DNA from: Auanema rhodensis
Lineage: Eukaryota > Animalia > Nematoda
DNA length: 64,000 nucleotides
Direction: 5' to 3'
Assembly (NCBI GenBank): GCA_964057225.1
Contig: OZ059899.1
Location: 4,216,001-4,280,000 of the forward strand
Program-made: the position numbers and the translations under genes
The notes under the pieces: generated by a model
Databases searched by the model: none
What the model saw: the letters and a program-made list of their open reading frames with translations, nothing else
Told to the model about the DNA's origin: nothing
Shown here: positions 1 to 11,409 of the stretch, one piece after another
Layout: every line of letters starts with the position of its first letter
Numbering within the stretch: the stretch's first letter is position 1

Positions 1-104
1 GAATATTAATCTCCTAATCTAATTTTTGTTTCAATCATTTTGTAAATCTCTTGAAAAAAATATAGAAAAGTAAAGAACTTGAAGAATAAAACCAAAACTA
101 CTGT

Positions 105-176
105 TGGTGATATGGGGAATCGAACCCCAGACTTCTCGCATGCAAAGCGAGCGCTCTACCCCTGAGCTATATCCCC
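105..176 (-). tRNA. tRNA-Ala(TGC) variant U70A (G3:U70 identity pair lost)
   Basis: The plus strand reads tggtgata instead of tggagata. The rest matches the consensus. Confidence 0.85.
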
Positions 177-334
177 ACATTCGACAGAATATATGACTGT
201 GAGTTTGTTCAAACTTGAAGAACCTCTTGATCAAAAATTTTAGTTGTGAATATTAATCTCCTAATCTAATTTTTGTTTCAATCATTTTGTAAATCTCTTG
301 AAAAAAATATAGAAAAGTAAAGAACTTGAAGAAT

Positions 335-344
335 AAAACCAAAA
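335..344 (-). terminator. Pol III oligo-T terminator (TTTTGGTTTT), present in each unit
   Basis: It starts 7 nt after the discriminator on the minus strand. A longer T7-T8 run follows about 35 nt further on. Confidence 0.75.
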
Positions 345-351
345 CTACTGT

Positions 352-423
352 TGGAGATATGGGGAATCGAACCCCAGACTTCTCGCATGCAAAGCGAGCG
401 CTCTACCCCTGAGCTATATCCCC
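352..423 (-). tRNA. tRNA-Ala(TGC), consensus copy representing about 190 copies spaced every 248 bp
   Basis: The minus strand reads GGGGATATAGCTCAGGGGTAGAGCGCTCGCTTTGCATGCGAGAAGTCTGGGGTTCGATTCCCCATATCTCCA. It has a 7-bp acceptor stem with the G3:U70 Ala identity pair, A box TAGCTCAGGGG, anticodon stem CTCGC/GCGAG with loop TT-TGC-AT, B box GGTTCGATTCC and discriminator A. CCA is not encoded, as expected in eukaryotes. Confidence 0.97.
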
Positions 424-599
424 ACATTCGACAAAGTCAATGACTGTGAGTTTGTTCAAACTTGAAGAACTTCTTGATCAGAAATTTTAGTTGTGAATAT
501 TAATTACCTAATCTAATTTTTCTTTCAATCATTTTGTAAATCTCCTGAAAAAAAATATATAAAAGTAAAGAACTTGAAGAATAAAACCAAAACTACTGT

Positions 600-671
600 T
601 GGAGATATGGGGAATCGAACCCCAGACTTCTCGCATGCAAAGCGAGCGCTCTACCCCTGAGCTATATCCCC
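600..671 (-). tRNA. tRNA-Ala(TGC)
   Basis: Consensus copy. Confidence 0.95.
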
Positions 672-2828
672 ACATTCGACAAAGTCAATGACTGTGAGTT
701 TGTTCAAACTAGAAGAACCTCTTGATCAGAAATTTTAGTTGTGAATATTAATTTCCTAATCTAATTTTTCTTTCAGTCATTTTGTAAATCTCCTGAAAAA
801 AAATATATAAAAGTAAAGAACTTGAAGAATAAAACCAAAACTACTGTTTGAGATATGGGGAATCGAACCCCAGACCTCTCGCATGCAAAGCGAGCGCTCT
901 ACCCCTGAGCTATATCCCCACATTCGACAGAATATATGACTGTGAGTTTGTTCAAACTTGAAGAACCTCTTGATCAGAAATTTTAGTTGTGAATATTAAT
1001 TTCCTAATCTAATTTTTCTTTCAATCATTTTGTAAATCTCCTGAAAAAAAATATATAAAAGTAAAGAACTTGAAGAATAAAACCAAAACTACTGTTGGAG
1101 ATATGGGGAATCGAACCCCAGACTTCTCGCATGCAAAGCGAGCGCTCTACCCCTGAGCTATATCCCCACATTCGACAGAATATATGACTGTGAGTTTGTT
1201 CAAACTTGAAGAACCTCTTGATCAAAAATTTTAGTTGTGAATATTAATCTCGTAATCTAATTTTTGTTTCAATCATTTTGTAAATCTCTCGAAAAAAATA
1301 TAGAAAAGTAAAGAACTTGAAGAATAAAACCAAAACTACTGTTGGAGATATGGGGAATCGAACCCCAGACTTCTCGCATGCAAAGCGAGCGCTCTACCCC
1401 TGAGCTATATCCCCACATTCGACAGAATATATGACTGTGAGTTTGTTCAAACTTGAAGAACCTCTTGATCAAAAATTTTAGTTGTGAATATTAATCTCCT
1501 AATCTAATTTTTGTTTCAATCATTTTGTAAATCTCCTGAAAAAAAATATAGAAAAGTAAAGAACTTGAAGAATAAAACCAAAACTACTGTTGGAGATATG
1601 GGGAATCGAACCCCAGACTTCTCGCATGCAAAGCGAGCGCTCTACCCCTGAGCTATATCCGCACATTCGACAGAGTTAATGACTGTGAGTTTGTTCAAAC
1701 TTGAAGAACCTCTTGATCAAAAATTTTAGTTGTGAATATTAATTTCCTAATCTAATTTTTTTTTCAATCATTTTGTAAATCTCCTGAAAAAAAATATAGA
1801 AAAGTAAAGAACTTGAAGAATAAAACCAAAACTACTGTTGGAGATATGGGGAATCGAACCCCAGACTTCTCGCATGCAAAGCGAGCGCTCTACCCCTGAG
1901 CTATATCCCCACATTCGACAGAATATATGACTGTGAGTTTGTTCAAACTTGAAGAACCTCTTGATCAAAAATTTTAGTTGTGAATATTAATCTCCTAATC
2001 TAATTTTTGTTTCAATCATTTTGTAAATCTCTCGAAAAAAATATAGAAAAGTAAAGAACTTGAAGAATAAAACCAAAACTACTGTTGGAGATATGGGGAA
2101 TCGAACCCCAGACTTCTCGCATGCAAAGCGAGCGCTCTACCCCTGAGCTATATCCCCACATTCGACAAAGTCAATGACTGTGAGTTTGTTCAAACTTGAA
2201 GAACCTCTTGATCAGAAATTTTAGTTGTGATTATTAATTTCCTAATCTAATTTTTCTTTCAATCATTTTGTGAATCTCCTGAAAAAAAAATATAAAAGTA
2301 AAGAACTTGAAGAATAAAACCAAAACTACTGTTGGAGATATGGGGAATCGAACCCCAGACTTCTCGCATGCAAAGCGAGCGCTCTACCCCTGAGCTATAT
2401 CCCCACATTCGACAGAATATATGACTGTGAGTTTGTTCAAACTTGAAGAACCTCTTGATCAGAAATTTTAGTTGTGAATATTAATTTCCTAATCTAATTT
2501 TTCTTTCAATCATTTTGTAAATCTCCTGAAAAAAAATATATAAAAGTAAAGAACTTGAAGAATAAAACCAAAACTACTGTTGGAGATATGGGGAATCGAA
2601 CCCCAGACTTCTCGCATGCAAAGCGAGCGCTCTACCCCTGAGCTATATCCCCACATTCGACAGAATATATGACTGTGAGTTTGTTCAAACTTGAAGAACC
2701 TCTTGATCAAAAATTTTAGTTGTGAATATTAATCTCCTAATCTAATTTTTGTTTCAATCATTTTGTAAATCTCCTGAAAAAAAAAATAGAAAAGTAAAGA
2801 ACTTGAAGAATAAAACCAAAACTACTGT

Positions 2829-2900
2829 TGGAGATATGGGGAATCGAACCCCAGACTTCTCGCATGCAAAGCGAGCGCTCTACCCCTGAGCTATATCCCC
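2829..2900 (-). tRNA. tRNA-Ala(TGC) with an insertion 15-18 bp upstream
   Basis: Consensus copy whose 5' flank is interrupted at 2919. Confidence 0.95.
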
Positions 2901-2918
2901 ACATTCGACAGAATATAT

Positions 2919-3299
2919 TGTCACATCTGCAAGCACATGGTAAACATGTGCGCGCTATTCAAATAGCGGGAGCCTGAACAAGCCCCGCCTACAACATGGG
3001 ACACACATGGCACTCTTGCTTCTGGCCTAACCCAGATAGGTTGTCTTATAGTCATGTGAGTCTCATCTCTATATCATCTATATATATACTCTATTTAATA
3101 CTTTATTATATCTCTTTATATTCTTTCTTAATGTAATTCATATATTGTATTTTCTTGTTATCTGATAATGAATCCTTTTCTCTTTAAGTATTTGTCTTAA
3201 TAAGGAAATCGGGGCGTTCGGGTCTGCCTACCTAAGGAACAAGGTAGAAGTACATATATCTTCCGACCATGAAAAGACGGGAAGAAACGATATGTAACG
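2919..3299. mobile_element. 381-bp solo-LTR-like insertion of a third family
   Basis: Unique sequence flanked by an ATAT duplication (2915-2918 and 3300-3303). The termini are imperfect inverted repeats, TGTCACAT...ATGTAACG. There is no ORF and no poly-A tail. Confidence 0.7.
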
Positions 3300-4618
3300 A
3301 TATGACTGTGAGTTTGTTCAAACTTGAAGAACCTCTTGATCAAAAATTTTAGTTGTGAATATTAATCTCCTAATCTAATTTTTGTTTCAATCATTTTGTA
3401 AATCTCCTGAAAAAAAATATAGAAAAGTTAAGAACTCGAAGAATAAAACCAAAACTACTGTTGAAGATATGGGGAATTGAACCCCAGACTTCTCGCATGC
3501 AAAGCGAGCGCTCTACCCCTGAGCTATATCCCCACATTCGACAGAGTTAATGACTGTGAGTTTGTTCAAACTTGAAGAACCTCTTGATCAAAAATTTTAG
3601 TTGTGAATATTAATTTCCTAATCTAATTTTTCTTCCAATCATTTTGTAAATTTCCTGAAAAAAAATATAGAAAAGTAAAGAACTTGAAGAATAAAACCAA
3701 AACTACTGTTGGAGATATGAGGAATCGAACCCCAGACTTCTCGCATGCAAAGCGAGCGCTCTACCCCTGAGCTATATCCCCACATTTGACAGAATATATG
3801 ACTGTGAGTTTGTTCAAACTTGAAGAACCTCTTGATCAAAAATTTTAGTTGTGAATATTAATCTCCTAATCTAATTTTTGTTTCAATCATTTTGTAAATC
3901 TCTTAAAAAAAATATATAGAAAAGTAAAGAACTTGAAGAATGAAACCAAAACTACTGTTGGAGATATGGGGAATCGAACCCCAGACTTCTCGCATGCAAA
4001 GCGAGCGCTCTACCCCTGAGCTATATCCCCACATTTGACAGAATATATGACTGTGAGTTTGTTCAAACTTGAAGAACCTCTTGATCAAAAATTTTAGTTG
4101 TGAATATTAATTTCCTAATCTAATTTTTCTTTCAATCATTTTGTAAATCTCCTGAAAAAAAATATAGAAAAGTAAAGAACTTGAAGAATAAAACCAAAAC
4201 TACTGTTGGAGATATGAGGAATCGAACCCCAGACTTCTCGCATGCAAAGCGAGCGCTCGACCCCTGAGCTATATCCCCACATTTGACAGAATATATGACT
4301 GTGAGTTTGTTCAAACTTGAAAAACCTCTTGATCAAAAATTTTAGTTGTGAATATTAATTTCCTAATCTAATTTTTGTTTCAATCATTTTGTAAATCTCT
4401 TGAAAAAAAATATAGAAAAGTTAAGAACTCGAAGAATAAAACCAAAACTACTGTTGGAGATATGGGGAATCGAACCCCAGACTTCTCGCATGCAAAGCGA
4501 GCGCTCTACCCCTGAGCTATATCCCCACATTCGACAGAATATATGACTGTGAGTTTGTTCAAACTTGAAGAACCGCTTGATCAAAAATTTTAGTTGTGAA
4601 TATTAATTTCCTAATCTA

Positions 4619-4955
4619 CGTTCCGTTATGCTCTCACGTCGATCCTATAGACCAATAAAGCCTACAAGATGAGTGTGATAGTATTCCAGATGAAGCGGTA
4701 GTTAAAGAGCATAGTGGATAAACATAAGACTCGAGAAAGAAAGGTTTATTATGTCTACATGATTACAATAAGTTATATAAGTCTACATAAAGATATAAAG
4801 TGAAAGAGACCTAAGAAAGGAAGACCAACCATCCATAGTCATTCCATAAGGCAAAGCTGAAGTCTGTGTTCCATATGAAGGGCGTGTCGTCCTCTCTCAG
4901 CCTCATGTCGTCTGATTCTAACCCGCCTGCTACGTATTGATTTCCGAATGGAACG
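4619..4955 (-). mobile_element. Solo LTR (337 bp) of the provirus-2 subfamily
   Basis: It differs from 46250-46586 and 51198-51534 by only about 5 substitutions. Termini are CGTTCC...GGAACG and the TSD is TCTA (4615-4618 and 4956-4959). Confidence 0.95.
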
Positions 4956-5154
4956 TCTAATTTTTCTTTCAATCATTTTGTAAATTTCCTGAAAAAAAAA
5001 GTGAGTTTGTTCAAACTTGAAGAACCTCTTGATCAAAAATTTTAGTTGTGAATATTAATCTCCTAATCTAATTTTTGTTTCAATCATTTTGTAAATCTCC
5101 TGAAAAAAAATATAGAAAAGTAAAGAACTTGAAGAATAAAACCAAAACTACTGT

Positions 5155-5226
5155 TGGAGATATGGGGAATCGAACCCCAGACTTCTCGCATGCGAAGCGA
5201 GCGCTCTACCCCTGAGCTATATCCCC
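5155..5226 (-). tRNA. tRNA-Ala(CGC) anticodon variant
   Basis: The plus strand has atgcgaa at 5190-5196, giving the loop TT-CGC-AT. The rest matches the consensus. Confidence 0.85.
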
Positions 5227-8200
5227 ACATTTGACAGAATATATGACTGTGAGTTTGTTCAAACTTGAAAAACCTCTTGATCAAAAATTTTAGTTGTGAA
5301 TATTAATTTCCTAATCTAAGTTTTCTTTCAATCATTTTGTAAATTTCCTGAAAAAAAATTTATAAAAGTAAAGAACTTGAAGAATAAAACCAAAACTACT
5401 GTTGGAGATATGGGGAATCGAACCCCAGACTTCTCGCATGCAAAGCGAGCGCTCTACCCCTGAGCTATATCCCCACATTCGACAGAATATATGACTGTGA
5501 GTTTGTTCAAACTTGAAGAACCTCTTGATCAAAAATTTTAGTTGTGAATATTAATTTCCTAATCTAATTTTTCTTTCAATCATTTTGTAAATTTCCTGAA
5601 AAAAAATTTATAAAAGTAAAGAACTTGAAGAATAAAAGCAAAACTACTGTTGGAGATATGGGGAATCGAACCCCAGACTTCTCGCATGCAAAGCGAGCGC
5701 TCTACCCCTGAGCTATATCCCCACATTTGACAGAATATATGACTGTGAGTTTGTTCAAACTTGAAAAACCTCTTGATCAAAAATTTTAGTTGTGAATATT
5801 AATTTTCTAATCTAATTTTTGTTTCAATCATTTTGTAAATCTCCTGAAAAAAAATATAGAAAAGTAAAGAACTTGAAGAATAAAACCAAAACTACTGTTG
5901 GAGATATGGGGAATCGAACCCCAGACTTCTCGCATGCAAAGCGAGCGCTCTACCCCTGAGCTATATCCCCACATTCGACAGAATATATGACTGTGAGTTT
6001 GTTCAAACTTGAAGAACCTCTTGATCAAAAATTTTAGTTGTGAATATTAATTTCCTAATCTAATTTTTCTTTCAATCATTTTGTAAATTTCCTGAAAAAA
6101 AATTTATAAAAGTAAAGAACTTGAAGAATAAAACCAAAACTACTGTTGGAGATATGGGGAATCGAACCCCAGACTTCTCGCATGCAAAGCGAGCGCTCTA
6201 CCCCTGAGCTATATCCCCACATTTGACAGAATATATGACTGTGAGTTTGTTCAAACTTGAAAAACCTCTTGATCAAAAATTTTAGTTGTGAATATTAATT
6301 TTCTAATCTAATTTTTCTTTCAATCATTTTGTAAATCTCCTGAAAAAAAATATAGAAAAGTAAAGAACTTGAAGAATAAAACCAAAACTACTGTTGGAGA
6401 TATGGGGAATCGAACCCCAGACTTCTCGCATGCAAAGCGAGCGCTCTACCCCTGAGCTATATCCCCACATTTGACAGAATATATGACTGTGAGTTTGTTC
6501 AAACTTGAAAAACCTCTTGATCAAAAATTTTAGTTGTGAATATTAATTTCCTAATCTAAGTTTTCTTTCAATCATTTTGTAAATTTCCTGGAAAAAAATT
6601 TATAAAAGTAAAGAACTTGAAGAATAAAACCAAAACTACTGTTGGAGATATGGGGAATCGAACCCCAGACTTCTCGCATGCAAAGCGAGCGCTCTACCCC
6701 TGAGCTATATCCCCACATTCGACAGAATATATGACTGTGAGTTTGTTCAAACTTGAAGAACCTCTTGATCAAAAATTTTAGTTGTGAATATTAATTTCCT
6801 AATCTAATTTTTCTTTCAATCATTTTGTAAATTTCCTGAAAAAAAATTTATAAAAGTAAAGAACTTGAAGAATAAAACCAAAACTACTGTTGGAGATATG
6901 GGGAATCGAACCCCAGACTTCTCGCATGCAAAGCGAGCGCTCTACCCCTGAGCTATATCCCCACATTTGACAGAATATATGACTGTGAGTTTGTTCAAAC
7001 TTGAAAAACCTCTTGATCAAAAATTTTAGTTGTGAATATTAATTTTCTAATCTAATTTTTCTTTCAATCATTTTGTAAATCTCATGAAAAAAAATATAGA
7101 AAAGTAACGAACTTGAAGAATAAAACCAAAACTACTGTTGGAGATATGGGGAATCGAACCCCAGACTTCTCGCATGCAAAGCGAGCGCTCTACCCCTGAG
7201 CTATATCCCCACATTCGACAGAATATATGACTGTGAGTTTGTTCAAACTTGAAGAACCTCTTGATCAGAAATTTTAGTTGTGAATATTAATTACCTAATC
7301 TAATTTTTGTTTCAATCATTTTGTAAATTTCCTGAAAAAAAATATATAAAAGTAAAGAACTTGAAGAATAAAACCAAAACTACTGTTGGAGATATGGGGA
7401 ATCGAACCCCAGACTTCTCGCATGCAAAGCGAGCGCTCTACCCCTGAGCTATATCCCCACATTCGACAAAGTCAATGACTGTGAGTTTGTTCAAACTTGA
7501 AGAACCTCTTGATCAAAAATTTTAGTTGTGAATATTAATTTCCTAATCTAATTTTTCTTTCAATCATTTTGTAAATTTCCTGAAAAAAAATTTATAAAAG
7601 TAAAGAACTTGAAGAATAAAACCAAAACTACTGTTGGAGATATGGGGAATCGAACCCCAGACTTCTCGCATGCAAAGCGAGCGCTCTACCCCTGAGCTAT
7701 ATCCCCACATTCGACAGAATATATGACTGTGAGTTTGTTCAAACTTGAAGAACCTCTTGATCAAAAATTTTAGTTGTGAATATTAATCTCCTAATCTAAT
7801 TTTTGTTTCAATCATTTTGTAAATCTCCTGAAAAAAAATATAGAAAAGTAAAGAACTTGAAGAATAAAACCAAAACTACTGTTGGAGATATGGGGAATCG
7901 AACCCCAGACTTCTCGCATGCAAAGCGAGCGCTCTACCCCTGAGCTATATCCCCACATTTGACAGAATATATGACTGTGAGTTTGTTCAAACTTGAAGAA
8001 CCTCTTGATCAAAAATTTTAGTTGTGAATATTAATTTCCTAATCTAATTTTTCTTTCAATCATTTTGTAAATTTCCTGAAAAAAAATTTATAAAAGTAAA
8101 GAACTTGAAGAATAAAACCAAAACTACTGTTGGAGATATGGGGAATCGAACCCCAGACTTCTCGCATGCAAAGCGAGCGCTCTACCCCTGAGCTATATAT

Positions 8201-9865
8201 CCACATTTGACAGAATATATGACTGTGAGTTTGTTCAAACTTGAAAAACCTCTTGATCAAAAATTTTAGTTGTGAATATTAATTTCCTAATCTAATTTTT
8301 GTTTCAATCATTTTGTAAATCTCTTGAAAAAAAATATAGAAAAGTTAAGAACTCGAAGAATAAAACCAAAACTACTGTTGGAGATATGGGGAATCGAACC
8401 CCAGACTTCTCGCATGCAAAGCTAGCGCTCTACCCCTGAGCTATATCCCCACATTTGACAGAATATATGACTGTGAGTTTGTTCAAACTTGAAGAACCTC
8501 TTGATCAAAAATTTTAGTTGTGAATATTAATTTCCTAATCTAATTTTTCTTTCAATCATTTTGTAAATTTCCTGAAAAAAAATTTATAAAAGTAAAGAAC
8601 TTGAAGAATAAAACCAAAACTACTGTTGGAGATATGGGGAATCGAACCCCAGACTTCTCGCATGCAAAGCGAGCGCTCTACCCCTGAGCTATATCCCCAC
8701 ATTTGACAGAATATATGACTGTGAGTTTGTTCAAACTTGAAAAACCTCTTGATCAAAAATTTTAGTTGTGAATATTAATTTCCTAATGTAATTTTTGTTT
8801 CAATCATTTTGTAAATCTCTTGAAAAAAAATATAGAAAAGTTAAGAACTCGAAGAATAAAACCAAAACTACTGTTGGAGATATGGGGAATCGAACCCCAG
8901 ACTTCTCGCATGCAAAGCGAGCGCTCCACCCCTGAGCTATATCCCCACATTCGACAGAATATATGACTGTGAGTTTGTTCAAACTTGAAGAACCTCTTGA
9001 TCAGAAATTTTAGTTGTGAATATTAATTACCTAATCTAATTTTTGTTTCAATCATTTTGTAAATCTCCTGAAAAAAAATATATAAAAGTAACGAACTTGA
9101 AGAATAAAACCAAAACTACTGTTGGGATATGGGGAATCGAACCCCAGACTTCTCGCATGCAAAGCGAGCGCTCTACCCCTGAGCTATATCCCCACATTCG
9201 ACAAAGTCAATGACTGTGAGTTTGTTCAAACTTGAAGAACCTCTTGATCAAAAATTTTAGTTGTGAATATTAATTTCCTAATCTAATTTTTCTTTCAATC
9301 ATTTTGTAAATTTCCTGAAAAAAATTTTATAAAAGTAAAGAACTTGAAGAATAAAACCAAAACTACTGTTGGAGATATGGGGAATCGAACCCCAGACTTC
9401 TCGCATGCAAAGCGAGCGCTCTACCCCTGAGCTATATCCCCACATTCGACAGAATATATGACTGTGAGTTTGTTCAAACTTGAAGAACCTCTTGATCAAA
9501 AATTTTAGTTGTGAATATTAATCTCCTAATCTAATTTTTGTTTCAATCATTTTGTAAATCTCCTGAAAAAAAATATAGAAAAGTAAAGAACTTGAAGAAT
9601 AAAACCAAAACTACTGTTGGAGATATGGGGAATCGAACCCCAGACTTCTCGCATGCAAAGCGAGCGCTCTACCCCTGAGCCATATCCCCACATTTGACAG
9701 AATATATGACTGTGAGTTTGTTCAAACTTGAAGAACCTCTTGATCAAAAATTTTAGTTGTGAATATTAATTTCCTAATCTAATTTTTCTCACAATCATTT
9801 TGTAAATCTCCTGAAAAAAAATATAGAAAAGTAAAGAACTTGAAGAATAAAACCAAAACTACTGT

Positions 9866-9937
9866 TGGAGATATGAGGAATCGAACCCCAGACTTCTCGC
9901 ATGCAAAGCGAGCGCTCGACCCCTGAGCTATATCCCC
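9866..9937 (-). tRNA. tRNA-Ala(TGC) variant adjacent to provirus 1
   Basis: It carries the linked variants T-stem CCCCA>CCTCA and D-loop GGTAG>GGTCG. Confidence 0.85.
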
Positions 9938-10005
9938 ACATTTGACAGAATATATGACTGTGAGTTTGTTCAAACTTGAAGAACCTCTTGATCAAAAATT
10001 TTAGT

Positions 10006-10354
10006 CGTTCCGTTATGCTCCCGCGTCGATCTTACAGACCAATAGAGTCTACAAGATGAGCGTGGTAGTATTCCAGATGTAGCGGTTAAACATGGAGCAT
10101 AAGGATAAACATAAGACTCGAGAAAGATTGGTTTATTATATCTACGTGATTACAATAAGATACATATAACTAAGTAAAGGTTAAACTAATAGAGAACAGA
10201 GAGAGAACGACCAACCATCCATGATCGTCCCTGAGGCAAAGCTGAAGTGTTGTAATATGGAAAAGGGCGGGTCGTCTTCTCTCAGTCTCGCATTCTCTGA
10301 CTCTAACCCGCCTGCTACAGCTTCGTCATATGAATGTAATGCATTGATCATCCG
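10006..10354 (-). repeat. Extra outer 3' LTR (349 bp, lacking 9 bp at the U3 end)
   Basis: A direct copy of 10355-10712 missing the terminal aatggaacg, with one SNP (A at 10044). Confidence 0.95.
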
Positions 10355-10712
10355 CGTTCCGTTATGCTCCCGCGTCGATCTTACAGACCAATGGAGTCTA
10401 CAAGATGAGCGTGGTAGTATTCCAGATGTAGCGGTTAAACATGGAGCATAAGGATAAACATAAGACTCGAGAAAGATTGGTTTATTATATCTACGTGATT
10501 ACAATAAGATACATATAACTAAGTAAAGGTTAAACTAATAGAGAACAGAGAGAGAACGACCAACCATCCATGATCGTCCCTGAGGCAAAGCTGAAGTGTT
10601 GTAATATGGAAAAGGGCGGGTCGTCTTCTCTCAGTCTCGCATTCTCTGACTCTAACCCGCCTGCTACAGCTTCGTCATATGAATGTAATGCATTGATCAT
10701 CCGAATGGAACG
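10355..10712 (-). repeat. 3' LTR of provirus 1 (358 bp)
   Basis: Apparently identical to 19987-20344. It has a minus-strand AATAAA at 10481-10486 with a TATA-like motif about 30 nt upstream. Confidence 0.96.
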
Positions 10713-10723
10713 TGCCCTTTTTC
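10713..10723 (-). promoter_or_regulatory. Polypurine tract of provirus 1
   Basis: Minus-strand GAAAAAGGGCA abuts the 3' LTR. The equivalent in provirus 2 is GAAAAAATGGCA. Confidence 0.75.
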
Positions 10724-11409
10724 AAGTTTATGTCGCGTCCTCGCGACAATCAAAAGTTTTGACTTGATTAACTGTAGCAGAAGGGTTAATGTGTGTATTA
10801 AAGTACATGTTACAATACAATATTTTACGTAAAATTCTTATAATATGAACATAATACAATATAAAACATCAGTATCTGAAAAGAATTAAAAAAAATTTTT
10901 TAACCAAATTATGAAAGTTTTAACCCTCTTTAACGAATACTAGACTATGTTTTATTGGCGAACGTGCTTATAAAATAATAAAAAAAAAAAAAGTTTTTAA
11001 GCATAACGCTCCAACAAGTGTAGATAAAAAGTTAACTATTTTTTTGCTAGAGCTCGGTTGTTTGTTTCAATTTGTGTGAGTTTAGAAAAAAAAAGAAAAG
11101 TTTTGCGTAATACCAAATAACTTCCAAATTGAGTCATTGATTACTCAAGTGAAGACTGTTGCTCAGATATTGTTGCAAACTATGTCTTTCATTTTTCATC
11201 TCATCTAGTATGGGGAAGTTAGTTGAAATTAGGAAGGTTCGAACTATATGATAAAAGAATTATCTTCTCACATTTCCCGTGTTCATTATGCTCTAGTTTA
11301 CTTTTTGACTTAAGAGTGACTTGTTTTAGAGGAGTCGTTACAAAATTTGTGTTCTAGTATTACTTTAAAGAAAGTTATTACAAAACAATTTACAATAAAA
11401 TCTCATGAG

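Larger units (their letters stand above)
1..10005 (-). repeat. Tandem tRNA-Ala gene array, segment 1 (about 38 units of 248 bp, interrupted by insertions at 2919-3299 and 4619-4955)
   Basis: A near-identical 247-249 bp unit repeats head to tail. Each unit has one tRNA-Ala on the minus strand plus an AT-rich spacer of about 176 bp. The array continues beyond the window start. Confidence 0.98.

Noticed and set aside
10221-10767. Small ORFs in LTRs (also 19862-20083 and 4839-5036)
   Set aside because: They are not conserved between the two LTR subfamilies, and their ends depend on junction sequence.
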